Notes under the pieces: generated by a model | The model's input: the letters and a program-made list of their open reading frames with translations, nothing else | What the model was told of the DNA's origin: nothing | Databases searched by the model: none | Shown: positions 52,345 through 64,000 of the stretch, one piece after another | Layout of the letters: each line of letters opens with the position of its first letter | Position numbering within the stretch: position 1 is the stretch's first letter | Program-made: the position numbers and the translations under genes | NCBI RefSeq assembly: GCF_036321535.1 | Contig: NC_087436.1 | Location: 23,748,001 to 23,812,000 of the forward strand | DNA from: Camelus dromedarius | Taxonomy: Eukaryota | Reading direction: 5' to 3' | DNA: 64,000 nt

Positions 52345-52497
52345 GGGGGGAGGGTATAGCTCAGTGGTAGTGCGTGTGCCTAGCATGCCTGAGGTCCTGG
52401 GTTCAATCCCCAGTACCTCCATTAAGTAAATAAGTACATAAATTAAGAAAGAACTCTAATTACCCCCCAAATAAAATACAAATAAAACAAAACAGAT
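52345..52497 (+). mobile_element. Camelid Vic-1-like SINE
   Basis: GGGGAGGGTATAGCTCAGTGGTAG...GTCCTGGGTTCAATCCCCAGTACCTCC plus A-rich tail. Confidence 0.92.
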
Positions 52498-52614
52498 CAA
52501 ATATATATATATATATGAAAAAAAATTCCAGAAAGTTCCCCCAAAAAGGAAAACTTGAATTTGCTGCACAAGCCAGCAACTATTTAGATAACATTTACTT
52601 TGAGTTTACAACTA

Positions 52615-52822
52615 CATTTGACCATTGAAGAACTCGGGGTTAGGGGCACTGCTCCCCACTTCCCCTCAAAAATCCACACTCATGTAACTTTACGCCTGGC
52701 CCTAGGTGTCTGTGGTTCAGCATCAGTGAATTCCGCCAGCAATGGATCCTGTAGTCCTGTAGTATTTATTGAAAAAAAAAACCACATAAAAGTGGACCCC
52801 CGCAGTTCAGCAGGTCCAAATG
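52615..52822. mobile_element. MER8/Tigger2-like MITE
   Basis: CATTTGACCATTGAAGAAC...GGGGTTAGGGGC...AAAAATCC...AAGTGGACCCCCGCAGTTC, following a TA dinucleotide. Confidence 0.75.
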
Positions 52823-53024
52823 TGTTTACATGGCACTTACTTTGTATTAGGTATTATAAGTAATCTAGACATGACTTGAAGTATACAGGATGATGTGCAT
52901 GGGTTATATGCAAATACTACATCATTTTATATAAGGGACTTGAGCATCTGTGGGTTTTGGTATCCACAGGGGATTGGTCCAGATATGGAAGGATGATTAT
53001 AAATTAAGCAACGAAAATCTGACC

Positions 53025-53115
53025 ACAGGAATAGAGGGTATATGGGAAATCTCTACCTTCCCCCTCAATTTTGCTGTGAACTGCTCTAAAAAAATTAAAT
53101 TTTAATAGTTTTTTA
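53025..53115 (+). mobile_element. L1M 3' terminal fragment
   Basis: GGGTATATGGGAAATCTCT...CAATTTTGCTGTGAAC...CTCTAAAAAAA. Confidence 0.75.
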
Positions 53116-53684
53116 AAAAATCAAGCAAATATAAAAATCTAAGCATCAGAGAAAGTTAGTATCCTGATCTGAGAAATAGGAACAGAATACCTTTTATTTA
53201 CATGATGTTTTTCTTAAGTTTGTTCAAAGAAAGGCAGCCAAAAAATGTGCTATTCAAAGAATTCGGCAAATGAGGAAATTTATTTCTAAAGTACTTTTTA
53301 AAGTTCTTTTCACTCTCCAGAAAGTGATTCCAGAAATAAGGATTACTGAAGGAGACTACGTGGAAGGGTTGTTGACACTGTGAAGATGTTTGGGTGGGAG
53401 GAAGACAAAAGAACTTCAGTTTGGTAGAAAAAACAAAATTACAGGAAGCATGGGGGCATGCTCCAGAACATCAGACGTCTTATTTAAAAGTGAAAACGTA
53501 ATTAAATATGACTTAAAATAGCAAAACATCATATAGAAAACACTTTCATATGTCTCTACAGTTCTAGGTGGTACGAGGTCTGAAGAAGAAATGACATGAT
53601 CAAGTAGTTTCTTAGCATGTTGGTGAATTTTAGTGCCAGGAACCCCCGGCTTGCTCAGGGAAGAGGAACTTAAAGGCAGAACAG

Positions 53685-53832
53685 CAGGGCCTCATGGCTC
53701 CTGGAACTTGGGGTGTGATTTAATGTTCTGCTGTCGCCGTCCTGAGATTCTTAATTTCAATGAACTTGTGCATCCATCAGTCAATGATTTAGCATTTCAC
53801 ACTGGATCCTACAAGTTGTATAATTGGTCTTG
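53685..53832 (+). mobile_element. MER45-like (hAT-Tip100) element
   Basis: TTTAATGTTCTGCTGTCGCCGTCCTGAGATTCTTAAT...CACTGGATCCTACAAG. Confidence 0.7.
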
Positions 53833-53944
53833 CTGGAATTGAAGTTTCCTTCACAGAGTCTTGGGATACAAGAACCATAACCTGAGTCATTCCAGAACGA
53901 AGGAAACACAGACCCCACCTTTCTTCCAACTCTGCCACCTCATT

Positions 53945-54095
53945 TCTTTTTTTTCCTTTTTAAGTGAAGTGTAGTCAGTTTACAATGTTGTGTCAATTTC
54001 TGGTACACAGCATAATGCTTCAGTCATACACATACATGCATATGTTCATTTTCATAGTCTTTTTCTTTATAGGTTACTAGAATATATTGAATATG
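53945..54095 (-). mobile_element. Younger cetartiodactyl/camelid-type L1 3' end
   Basis: GAAGTGTAGTCAGTTTACAATGTTGTGTCAATTTCTGGTACACAGCATAATG...TATAGGTTACT. Confidence 0.8.
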
Positions 54096-56139
54096 GAGAT
54101 GTGACCATGTTGTCCTTCTCACCACTCAGTTCACACAGCCTACAACTGGCTGAGGCTTGAAATTCCTCTAGTAATGATGAAGCCCTCAATTTCGTAATTA
54201 GAAACCAAAAAAAAAAAAAAAAAAATCATGGAATCAACTAGTATCATGATAACCTAAGCAACCAATATACTAAAGTGTGGTTAATCAGTAAATAGTAGAA
54301 AAGTCTACTGTCACATTCCTCCCCATTTAAACATGGAAAAGGGACGTAGAAGGACAGAGAAGAGGGAAAGTGTCATGAAGGGGAGGAGGGTATTGAGGAG
54401 GGAACAATGACATGTGTCTTCACCATTTTGCGGTTTTTGCCTTTAACTCTTCCTTGCTGCTGTGTTTCAATGCTTGTAATTGACCCTTCAGTCCTTCCAA
54501 CCCCGCTTGCCTTAATTGATAAAGCTGTTTTTTAATATGGCAGTTTTGTAAGGAGGGCACTTAATTCCTGCAGGAATGGCTGTTCGGTGTCTTCAAAGCT
54601 GCTGACTCCTCAATGGTGGAACTGTCCTCCGTCCTTGCCCTGCCCCTCACTGACCCATTTTTGTACTAGTGAAGGTCCAGGGCAAAGTCTTCCTTAACCC
54701 CTTTGTCAACTCAGGGTATGAATCTGGGTCCACAGACTCTGCCTGGAAGTGTATTCTGGTGGTGGACCACTCCTGTGTGGTCACAGGGCTTCTCTTGGGA
54801 GTTGATAACCTGGACTTCTTTCTGGCAGTGTGGCTCCTTTGATTCCATTGAAGAAGAAAAATAGTCAGGTTCTGTCTTCCACCTGATTAAAAGGATCTGC
54901 ATTTCTACAAGAAGAATGTCTATTTTAGAATTCGTTCTAGCAGCTTCATTCTGTGAGAGCCGTTAGGATAGAAGAGACACATTACCTAAGACAAGGCTTG
55001 AAGGTCCTTCACCTCTACAGCCAGGGGGAGGACGAGCAGATGACAGTGGATGCTGGCCGGTCCCCACGTGGTCACCTGGCTGGGCATCCACACCAGATTT
55101 TCCTTACAGCCAATGGGTCTGCAGTTTCAACCTTCATCACAATCTAATGGAAGAAAAAGCGTGGCTCTCTTTTCCTCCACTTCTGTCTTCTCTGTTGCCC
55201 CATGGCATGATTAAGGGTCTAGCATCTTGCAAAACAAATGAACAATTTTAGCTTTCCTTTCTTCCTTAAAAAGAACACCATCGACAGACTGTGGCATAAC
55301 AACAGATGACTCGTAGTTGCTTCTTGAGCCTGAAAGCCCAGTCTTCTCCAGCAAACAAACACAGCCTGTTCCTGTACCTTATGCACGAGCTAACAAGTGC
55401 TGTCATGACTGGATAGATGCTAGTATATTTGAGTTTCAGCTGTTCCCTGAGATAAACCGTCACATCTGAATAGTGATACAACACTAATAGAGGAGCCGTG
55501 AGGGTTTCATTGTAACTTCAGTGTTCTAAAACTCCCTGGTGATGGGAGTTATACGGCTCTGTTTTACTAGCCTCCAAGTCGTAATGGATAAAATGTGGGC
55601 AGTTTCCAGTTTAGAGAGTGATGACTATCTCACTTCAAAGAAAATACCCTTTTGTGGTGAATATCAATAGCAACGGTGAGGCAGCATCATGGGCAAATTA
55701 AATTTCACTGTCACCTAGAAATTTCATTCTACTTTTTAATGCAGTTTTCTATTATATTGGAAAGTTAGTGTTGCTTCTAGAAAGTAACAACATCGCTTGA
55801 TATCATGTTCGATTTTTCCCTCCTTTCCTGTCCACTCATAACAAAGCACCAAAATGGTCACGTGGGATGTGCTCTATCTCAACCTTGCATTTCAGGGGCT
55901 GTCGGGCACTTTGCCCCCGTCTTGCTTATTGTGCATCAGAAACTATCAGGAGCTCTCTGTGGCCCACAGAACTGAGCCCCATTTCCACCATAGTCAGCTG
56001 TTCATGCTGCTCTGTGGCCCAGCTCCAGCCACCACGCTGCTTTCGTGGGCCTGGTCTCCACCCAGACACGGCTGTGCCCTTTCCATGCCTTGCCTCTGTG
56101 GCCTCCTTCCATGGTTTTGTTCAAGCAGTGTCCTTTTCC

Positions 56140-56440
56140 TGGAGTGTTTCTCCCTAATCTTTACAAATCCCATCCTGCCCATCCTTCAAGATCCACAGCC
56201 TCTACAGGAGGCCTTCCCTCATGCCTCCAGTAAGAGTGCCTCTCTCCTTCCTCTGCATGCTCATCGCAATTTGTTTGTTCCTCCTAACACTCCATGCTCT
56301 CTGTATTTTTATATATTTCCTGGTAGCCCATAGACTACCTGAAGGCAGGGTCCAGGGTTCATCCTTGTTCCACCCAGAGTGCTTTGTACGGAGCCTTAAA
56401 CAAACACAGTACGTACCAATTCATGTTTGCTAAATTAGTA
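56140..56440 (+). mobile_element. L2 3' fragment
   Basis: ATCCTGCCCATCCTTCAAG...GGAGGCCTTCCCT...CCTGAAGGCAGGG. Confidence 0.7.
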
Positions 56441-56479
56441 AATTTGAAGTTGGTTATTAAATGTAACTATGTTTTAAGT

Positions 56480-57812
56480 TTAAAGGAAGCTATTATGGGC
56501 ATGACACTGATGGAGAAAGAAGGTATCAGTAAGGAGAGGGGAAGGTTCAAATGAATCCTGTGATGCTGAATTAGGATCAGAGTACTAGTATAACCTACTG
56601 TATATACACATGTGCACAGAGAGCTATAGAAATATGCATATCCGTGTATAACTGGGTTGGTATGTATCCATATGTTACCTAGCTCCGTCTGCTGAGGAAG
56701 CCTAGAAGCAGGAAGCTCACGTAGCACCTTCTCAACACTACTCTCCAGTAAAAGAAATCAAGCCTCCTTGGAGAAGCAGTTGGCTTTCAGGGCTCAGGTG
56801 GGGAAAACACAAAATCTACCTGGAACATCTTACAGCGTCAGTTAATAAGGAAATGCTTCCCCCAAAAGACAGGGGCTTCTCAAAAGGGCACAGGGGTCAA
56901 TGTACATGTGTTTCCAGTGACCAAAGCTGGTACATCTTGGGCAGAAAAATAAAGATGTTATGGAATTTTAACCCATGAAATAAAATAAATATCCAGAAAT
57001 CCATACCAATTTTTAAAAAGTAGAAGAAGTGACAGCTCTTCTTTAAGGAGAATTCCAGATAATAAATGTGGAAGGCAGGTGGGATCACCATTAGGCAGAT
57101 GCCACAGTAATAATTGTTTCAGGCAAGACCCAGGGATGGATGCTAAAATTAGTGGGTAACATTTGAGAAGAAACAGGATTTGTATGGTGTCAGCATATCT
57201 CCCTCAAGATACTTTTTGACGACAAAGGGAAAGATAGTAACTTTTCAGTGGAAAAACTTGCAGACACCATGCTAACCAAGTGATCAAGGGAAACAGCACG
57301 GGTAATAAACCATCTGACATCATGAAGCCCTTGCTGTGATACACGGAAAGGAACACAGCATCATTTTTGTAATGTTCTCACGAAAAAAACATAAGCTCAT
57401 TCCAGTCATAGAAAAACATTAGACAGACCGAAACTGGGGGCCATGCTACAGAGTAACTGTTCAGTATCCTTTGAAAGGATCAAGGCCAAGGAAGATGTGG
57501 GAAGATGGAGGAACTGTTACAAACTGGAGGAGACTAAGAAGAGAGGATAACTCAATGCAGGGTGGGATAATCTTGAATAGGATCCTGCAACACAAAAAGA
57601 TATTAGTGTAAAAAATGGTGCAACTCTAATAAGGTCTGGAGTTTAATTAATAATATGGTAGGAATGTTAATTTCCTCTTCTTTATAATTATACTAAGGTT
57701 ATGTAAGACAGTAACATTAAGAAAAGCAATGTAAAGGATTAGAAGTGCTTTGTACCATTTTTGCAACTTTTTGATGGATCCAAAAATAGTTCAAAAATTA
57801 AAAAAAAAACCT
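56480..57812 (+). mobile_element. L1MC4/L1MD-like 3' UTR
   Basis: CTCTCCAGTAAAAGAAATCAAG...GGAAAAACTTGCAGACACC...GGATCCTGCAACAC...TTTTTGCAACTTTTTG...AAAAATTAAAAAAAAA. Confidence 0.8.
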
Positions 57813-58334
57813 TTAAAAGGGAGGCTATTAGTAATTAATTTTGTAAAGTTTCTTTAATCAAAGAGGACCCAAACTCCCTTTAAAGAAAGTCAAGCAGTCA
57901 AACAGCCTCTGTAGTCTTTCTAGTCATCATTCTTTCCCATGTCTTACATCTCTTGTGTCCACTTGTTTCTAGATATATGGGTCTAACAGGCTGTGCAGAA
58001 AGCTCTTTCCCTGGGCAGAAACTACAGAGCATATGCCATTTCTGTATGTGGATGTTTGGGTTTTCCAGCTGACCAGAGCTCTGTCTGAAATCTCTCCTGA
58101 GAACATGATGCAAACAGCAGTATTTTCTCCTTTTCCTGCGCCTTCCCATCACCCTGGGAAGTTCTTTGAGCAAAAGCAGAGGCTGCCCTCTTTGTACCTG
58201 TGCTCTATCCACCCTCCTGTTTCTTCTTGCATTGTGACTTGGTGGAGTGTTCACGATCTCCAGTCCTAAGATGACTGGACTGGTACAGTAGCCACTTCCT
58301 TTGCCTTCTGTGCACTCTTCTTTTCCAACAAACC

Positions 58335-58430
58335 AGTTGACATACTTTTTTTCCCCCAAAATGTTTTATTTTGGAAATATTCAAACATACAGAAAAAATA
58401 GATTGAATATAATAAACCCTTTGTCAACTT
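58335..58430 (-). mobile_element. L1ME 3' fragment
   Basis: TTTTATTTTGGAAATATTCAAACATACAGAAAAAATAG...TATAATAAACCC. Confidence 0.7.
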
Positions 58431-60132
58431 GTTCTCAACCAGACAGGTACCATTTCCAAGAGTCATCAATGGTCTCTGCTCTGCATGGTGAGGATAAAGG
58501 TGACTCTACTGGACTCAGTTCTTACATGTCTTTCATACTTATTTATAATCTTGGTTTGGAGACAATACTGTGTTCCTTGGCCACTTTATCTTATCAGTAG
58601 GAGCTACTGCGCCAGTGTAGGGACCCGCAAAAAATCTTCTCTCCCACCTCTTTGCACAATGCAGATTGAGGTCATTTCTGGGATGGCTAATGAAAGAAGG
58701 ACCTCTTTAAACATTTGCTTAGGGGCCCAAATTGAATTTATGCTTTTACTCTAATCTTAAAGTCATTTTTTTGCTCTAACGGTCGAATTCTTCTAACAGA
58801 AGCTGAAATCATGTTTTGCTGATTGTGTTACCAAACACTGAAGGAAAAGGGGTAATGAAAGGTCACCAAACCAGAGTCCTTCCAGTTGTTAATCTGGGCA
58901 GTAACTCAGGTTTAGGAATCTCAGTTTATATTCCTAACAAAGCATTCCAGCAATTTTTGGTCATAGAAAGTGATGCTCTAAATGGATACTGAAATGAGAT
59001 GAATAAGATGTTCATTTCCTGAGGGTAAGAGAGGTCTTTTTTTTACATCTGTATTGAAGTAGGATATCAAAGCATGAAGCCACATCCCTTTAGTGTAGTA
59101 GTTGGGAGTGAAACTTGCCAGATGGGGAAAGTACACTTTAGAATAACTGACTTTAGTGATTTTAATAATCATCTAACAGTTTTTCAATAGCGTATGATTT
59201 TTATTTCATGGTGGTGAGAAAGAATATCATTTCTTGGTTCAGGATAACAGAATTCAAGATGTTTACATGGAGAGAAAATTTCATGTGTTACAAATTAGAA
59301 AAAGAGAACATTTTTCTGTAAGTAATTTGAAAGGTAGAGATTGCAGAGATGGCTCTTCATATATTTTAACTTAAAACAACTTTTTAATGTACACACAAAG
59401 ATGCAATCAAAAGAAGAGGAATATCCTTGTGTCCACCTGTGGTTTTGCCTCTACTTTGACAATCTCAGAATTGCTGTTACCTGCATATTCTCTTTTACCA
59501 TACTTCTCCACCTTGGCAGTAGAATTTCTTTCTGTGATTTTAGTACAATTCAGCTGCTATCTCTGGATTAGAGTGACATTATGGGAGCCCAGAGATTTTA
59601 AGAGTTTCTGTTTCTGGGGAGAGAAGAGAGTAGGTTGAAGACATTTGGGGTCAGTATCATGTGTTTTATTCCATGGTTATATTCAAACATTAAGAAGAAG
59701 AAAGAAATTAAAATGTGCTATTTCTGCTGAGTGGAGATGGGAAAGAGCTCATGTCTTGTTGAGAAAGAGATCTCGCATTCCTACAGACGTCAGACTTCGG
59801 AAATATATAGCAAGATGGTCGCTCAAGGCAGGGTCATAAGTGAGTCTCCTAAATGTATTGGTCTATCACTTTTTGCAAAGTTCTCTTCTTTCCTAATAAA
59901 GGGAGGTGGTAATCAAACAACTAGCTTTTTTTCTCCTAGCTAAAGAAACTAAGCAGCAGGCCTGTAACCAACAACAGGGCCAGTAACTTAGGACCCTATT
60001 ATGCATTATCAGAAAAAAGTCGTCTACCTTTTAATAAACTAGGGAAGCATCTAAATATTTTTAGAAGGCTTTCATTCCAAGGTTTAAAATCTTTAAAATT
60101 TATTTTAGCATTTAAAGGTGTAGCCTTGTGGG

Positions 60133-60161
60133 GTGTGTGTGTGTGTGTGTGTTAGTGTGTG
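60133..60161. repeat. Interrupted (GT)n microsatellite
   Basis: Read directly. Confidence 0.9.
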
Positions 60162-60447
60162 TTAAGTGGAAAACTTCATTCCCCAGTGTGCAGGACAAGC
60201 AAGGCATTTACTATAATTTTTAGGAGGGTTTTACTGTAATGCACTCACCCATATTTCCAGGCCTGAGATTATGAGGCAATTCTGTGAGTCAGGAAACCAA
60301 AAAGAACACAAGAACCAAAGACACCACTGGAGGCTTATGTAAAATCAGTAGTACGTGACGTGCCGTCAACAGTTACAGGCATTGAAGGTTACAGTCCTGT
60401 GAGTTGCCATGACTGTTCCGGGTCAGTGACACAGGGAGGTGCAGGAG

Positions 60448-60466
60448 TGGTGCCCCCTGCAGGTGG
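60448..60466 (-). promoter_or_regulatory. CTCF-like motif
   Basis: Minus strand reads CCACCTGCAGGGGGCACCA; core CCTGCAGGGGGCAC matches CCASYAGRKGGCRS at 13/14. Confidence 0.45.
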
Positions 60467-61149
60467 GCCAGTCAGCCATGCCTCTCACCTGGTAGATTGT
60501 CAGTGCCCGGTTGCCCTGCCACCTGAAGCCTAGGGTGCAGGAGCCAGAGTTTTTGCTACGGTAGGTGCAATGAGTAACAAAAAGGCAAGTCTAGGGGAAA
60601 AGGCCAGGTCTTCTGTTGTCCCAGAGACTCAGTGCTGGTCTGGAGGCTACTTAAACAGTCTTGTAGACTGACTACTTTTCAGCATGTTAATTACCTTCTG
60701 GAAGGACCCTATCATGCGCAGAGCTCCCATGGACCACAGACACCCTTAGGACTCTGGCCCCATCTGCCTTGAAGGGCCAGCTTTATCCTTACACCCATTG
60801 GATCTGGGCTGCTTCTGTCTTAGCTGACAGCAGCTCGGCTTCATCTTGGCTGTATCCCTTGTGCCAGGAACCCTCAGGGAATAGACAGAGATTTGGCAAA
60901 ACTCCTGGCAAATGGATGGCGCCCCAGTGAGCACTGAGTGCAGTGTTTCTTAGTGTCGCCTGACGCATCTACAGCTGCCTTCTCACTCTTCCTCGGGAAA
61001 CAAGGGCCACTGCAGGGCAGGTTTTTAAGTGAAAAACAGGGAAAAGGAAAAGAAACTAAAGCCCAGAACTTAAAACATAGAGGGAAGGGTTCACTTTTCC
61101 AAAACTTTTGCATATTGGGTGAGAAATAAATTTAAATCTTGTGCCTAAT

Positions 61150-61299
61150 TCCCCTGATCTTTCAGATTTAGCTGAGGCAGAAAACCAATCCATTGTCTTA
61201 TCGACTGGTATCATTAGCCTGAGGTTAGGGACCCACTGTTTTCTCTAAAGCAGACCTGCCTTATCTTTGCTGGTATATTATCCCTCTATCATTTTTGCG

Positions 61300-61331
<32 letters not shown>

Positions 61332-62400
61332 TGCACACTCTCTCTGCTGCCTTTGATATGGTAATGATCTTGCACAAGAAAAGCCATTTTTTAATATAAG
61401 TGCTTAAGGAATTAAAGGTGAGTGAGAGGTGGAGGGTGTTAAGAAGGATGACAGTTTGTCATTAAAAAATAAATAAGTATACCCCTTGGAATAAAAAGAG
61501 AAAGAAAGAAAGAGGAAGGGAGCCAAAGTGGGAGGACAGGCGGGTATCTCTCGGCGAGGGCTGGAGCCAGTGTTCCTAACAGGCTGGCTTTAAGCCCTTT
61601 AACGTCGTGCAGGTGCCCCCACCCTGCAGCCCATCATTGATTTCCCTCTGCCCTCCACAGACCTGGCTGCAGTTAAGCCTTGTGTCCTCCACGTGATGCT
61701 GAGCCGAATCAGATTTTCCTTTTAGTTGTTCGATCAAATTTTCCTTCCTAGAGCTTCGAAGGCACACTTGGGACCACCTAGTAATTGCCTCCCCACACTG
61801 AACTGCTGATACCTTTATTGGATTGGCATAGGGTTTCCGAGGACTGTGTTTAACATGCAGTGAGCCGCAGCAATGCAAACAGCTCCAGTGTTTAAACAAG
61901 CATCCATTAGGGCAGGAAACAAGGCGGTGCCAGCCCATTTGGTGCTCTGTAGTGCTGGCAGCTTGAGGTGAGCAGGGCAGCCGGGGCGCTGGACTGGGAG
62001 AGGGCAGGCGCGAGGGGACAGGGAGGAGTGACAGTGTCAGAGAAGGAGCAGATTCTCTTTAGATTTGCGGCCAAGGGTGTGCGGGGTTGGGGGAGGGGGA
62101 GAGAGATATTGTGGCTAGGGACATGTGCAAAGCTCATTAATATCTCATTATGTTAGAATTGCAGTCTCCCCGCAGATAGGCGTTAACATTTGCAGTGCCA
62201 GAGGAAGGGCTTTGGGAAAGCAGCATCCCTTCCCCCCAACTTTTTTTTTTTTTTTTTTTGCAAGCCCCAGCAAGCTCCACACACTTGTTTTGCACCAAGG
62301 GAGTGGTGGTGTTGAATTTGTGAGGGAAGTCTGCTAGCAAACCCCAAAGGCGCGACAGTGAGCGATGCAGTAGAGTGAAGTGAGATGGAAAACTGTAGTG
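61150..62400. promoter_or_regulatory. Repeat-poor candidate promoter or enhancer with (CT)n tract, CpG enrichment and a consensus + strand donor
   Basis: CCAAT 61185, GATA sites 61261 and 61286, CTTTGAT 61351, AAG|GTGAGT 61415-61423, CACGTG 61690, tandem ATTGG 61817-61826, TGTTTAAACA 61889-61898, G4 run 62075-62099. Confidence 0.5.
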
Positions 62401-64000
62401 TCTAAATAACAAAGTAACGGGCCTTCTCAAGGTGCTGGGAAGTGATGGAGGGGGAGAACGACTGACCGGCAGCCAGGAAATGGAGATTGTGGGTCTTAAG
62501 CATGAGCCATCCAGGAGCCTGGGTGTGAGGAGTGGTGGACAGACAAACTCCAGTTCAGACCCAGGCCTCACAGAGAGTCTGTCCTTTGTATCCTGAGTTT
62601 GCCTGGGGCTCCTGGGGGCTCCCTGGTGTCAGCCAATGTAGCATAAAGCAGAGAGGAAAGAGGAGACCACTGAGAAGTAGAGAGGAGAAGAGGGCAGGGG
62701 GATTCAGCCAGTGGGATTTGGGGGAACTATATTCTCAGCTGCCACCCCCAGCCCGCGTTGGTGTGGGCAGACCAAAGGGAAGGTTTTAAAGCAGATAGAC
62801 GTTTCTGTGCTGGGGGGCCTCATTCTCTTCAGATCCGACCTGGCTGGGCGCAAACCAGTCCAGGCTTCACCCCAGGATTAAATCCCTGTAGGCCACAGCT
62901 TGGTAGCCCTGGCCCAGGCTTGACCCTGCACCTCACTCACCCCAGGCCATAATCCCAGGGACTCCAACACTGAAACAGGAGCCTCGTGGGAAGAAAAGTT
63001 GGAGACGTGTTCTGTAGCAATTACAACTTTCATGCAGACACTCAATCCTGCTTTGCTAAAGGATCAGTTATTTCTGCCCTGAACCAATGTGTGTCCTCTA
63101 TCCAGTAAGGAAAGGTGGGTGGTGGCCACTCTAGCAAATAGTTACACGACAGAATGGACCAAAACACACTGGGTATGGATTTTGTATCACGAAGGCGCCT
63201 TAGAGTAAGTTGAGTTCCAGTTCTTTGAGAATATCCTGTTTCTGCCTTTTTGTTTCCTAGAGTTCTGATTTCTACCTTAGAATGTTCTTTCTATGAATGT
63301 CCGGCACTCGGGTTCTGTTCACAGCACAACTGGACAGGGACACACACAGAGATCCAGAGGTGTGGCCCAGGTGGACACTCAGCCCACGTTCTGGAGGCAG
63401 TGAGTGAATGAGGGAGCTGCATGGACTTGATGGACGTCCTATAAAGTGACAGGGCCGGCTTTCAAGTATGGTTTGTGAAGACCTTTATGGTCACACGTTG
63501 TTCTGCCTTATTAATGCAACATTCCATAAAAATATAGATTATCCATTAACTTGCAGAAAGGCAAGAGTTCATTTCACCGTTGAAAGCCATTTGTGTTCCT
63601 TTAGGAAAAAAAGAAAAAAACAAAGCTAGAGTCCTGTTGGCCATTAGTTTGTTATGTACAACAGTGCTTATAATGAACACTTAAAAATAAATGTGTTTGA
63701 TAATCATAACCAGGTTTATTTAGGTTAGAAATACAGTTATGGCATATAGATACTGCTGAGGTGCATTAAACAAGGCTTTTTATGGTGTGGCCTCTATAGT
63801 AAAAATAGTCAAATTCAGCCTCTGTGTATTAAAATCTATTATTCTTTTGACTATACGGCTTTGACAAATCAAGCCAGAGTCATAAGAACAAAGCTAGGAA
63901 ACAGTTCAGATGCTATCATTTCATGGCTAAATATAAGAAAAGTATGCCTTATGCAGTTTATGTGTTGACTTTCCCAAGCTTGATTCCATTAAAAAAAAAA

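Larger units (their letters stand above)
52274..52999 (+). mobile_element. MER2 (TcMar-Tigger) element containing nested Vic-1 SINE and MER8-like element
   Basis: CAGCCAGCCCTCCATATCC start; GTATTAGGTATTATAAGTAATCTAGA...ATAAGGGACTTGAGCATC...TTTTGGTATCC end. Confidence 0.88.

Noticed and set aside
55854..56333. 159-aa ORF
   Set aside because: Its 3' part is L2-derived pyrimidine-rich sequence; no recognisable homology.

Overview
Mammalian non-coding genomic DNA, very probably from a camelid (alpaca, llama or camel). The basis is three copies of the camelid-type tRNA-derived Vic-1-like SINE (head GGGGAGGGTATAGCTCA...GTGGTAG...CTGGGTTCAATCC), each with target-site duplications (TSDs). I found no intact protein-coding gene, rRNA, true tRNA or CRISPR array. 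The only ORF-track peptides with recognisable homology are decayed LINE-1 ORF2 fragments. Much of the window is old eutherian interspersed repeat (L1M, L2, MIR, MLT/ERVL LTRs, MER2/MER8, MER5, MER20, MER45, MER63, MamSINE1, a mariner-like relic) plus microsatellites. The repeat-free blocks carry TF-motif clusters, CpG-enriched patches (about 49.7-51.6 kb and 61.2-62.4 kb) and several strong splice signals, as expected for a large intron or regulatory region, possibly of a + strand gene that I cannot identify. The best leads are a 150-bp dispersed direct duplication carrying a PBX-HOX site, a pre-miRNA-sized hairpin at 6444-6497, candidate exons, an NF-kB/AP-1 motif cluster and nested transposon stacks. 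I found no convincing evidence for a wholly new biological system. Repeat family names are from remembered consensus sequences and need RepeatMasker/Dfam confirmation.
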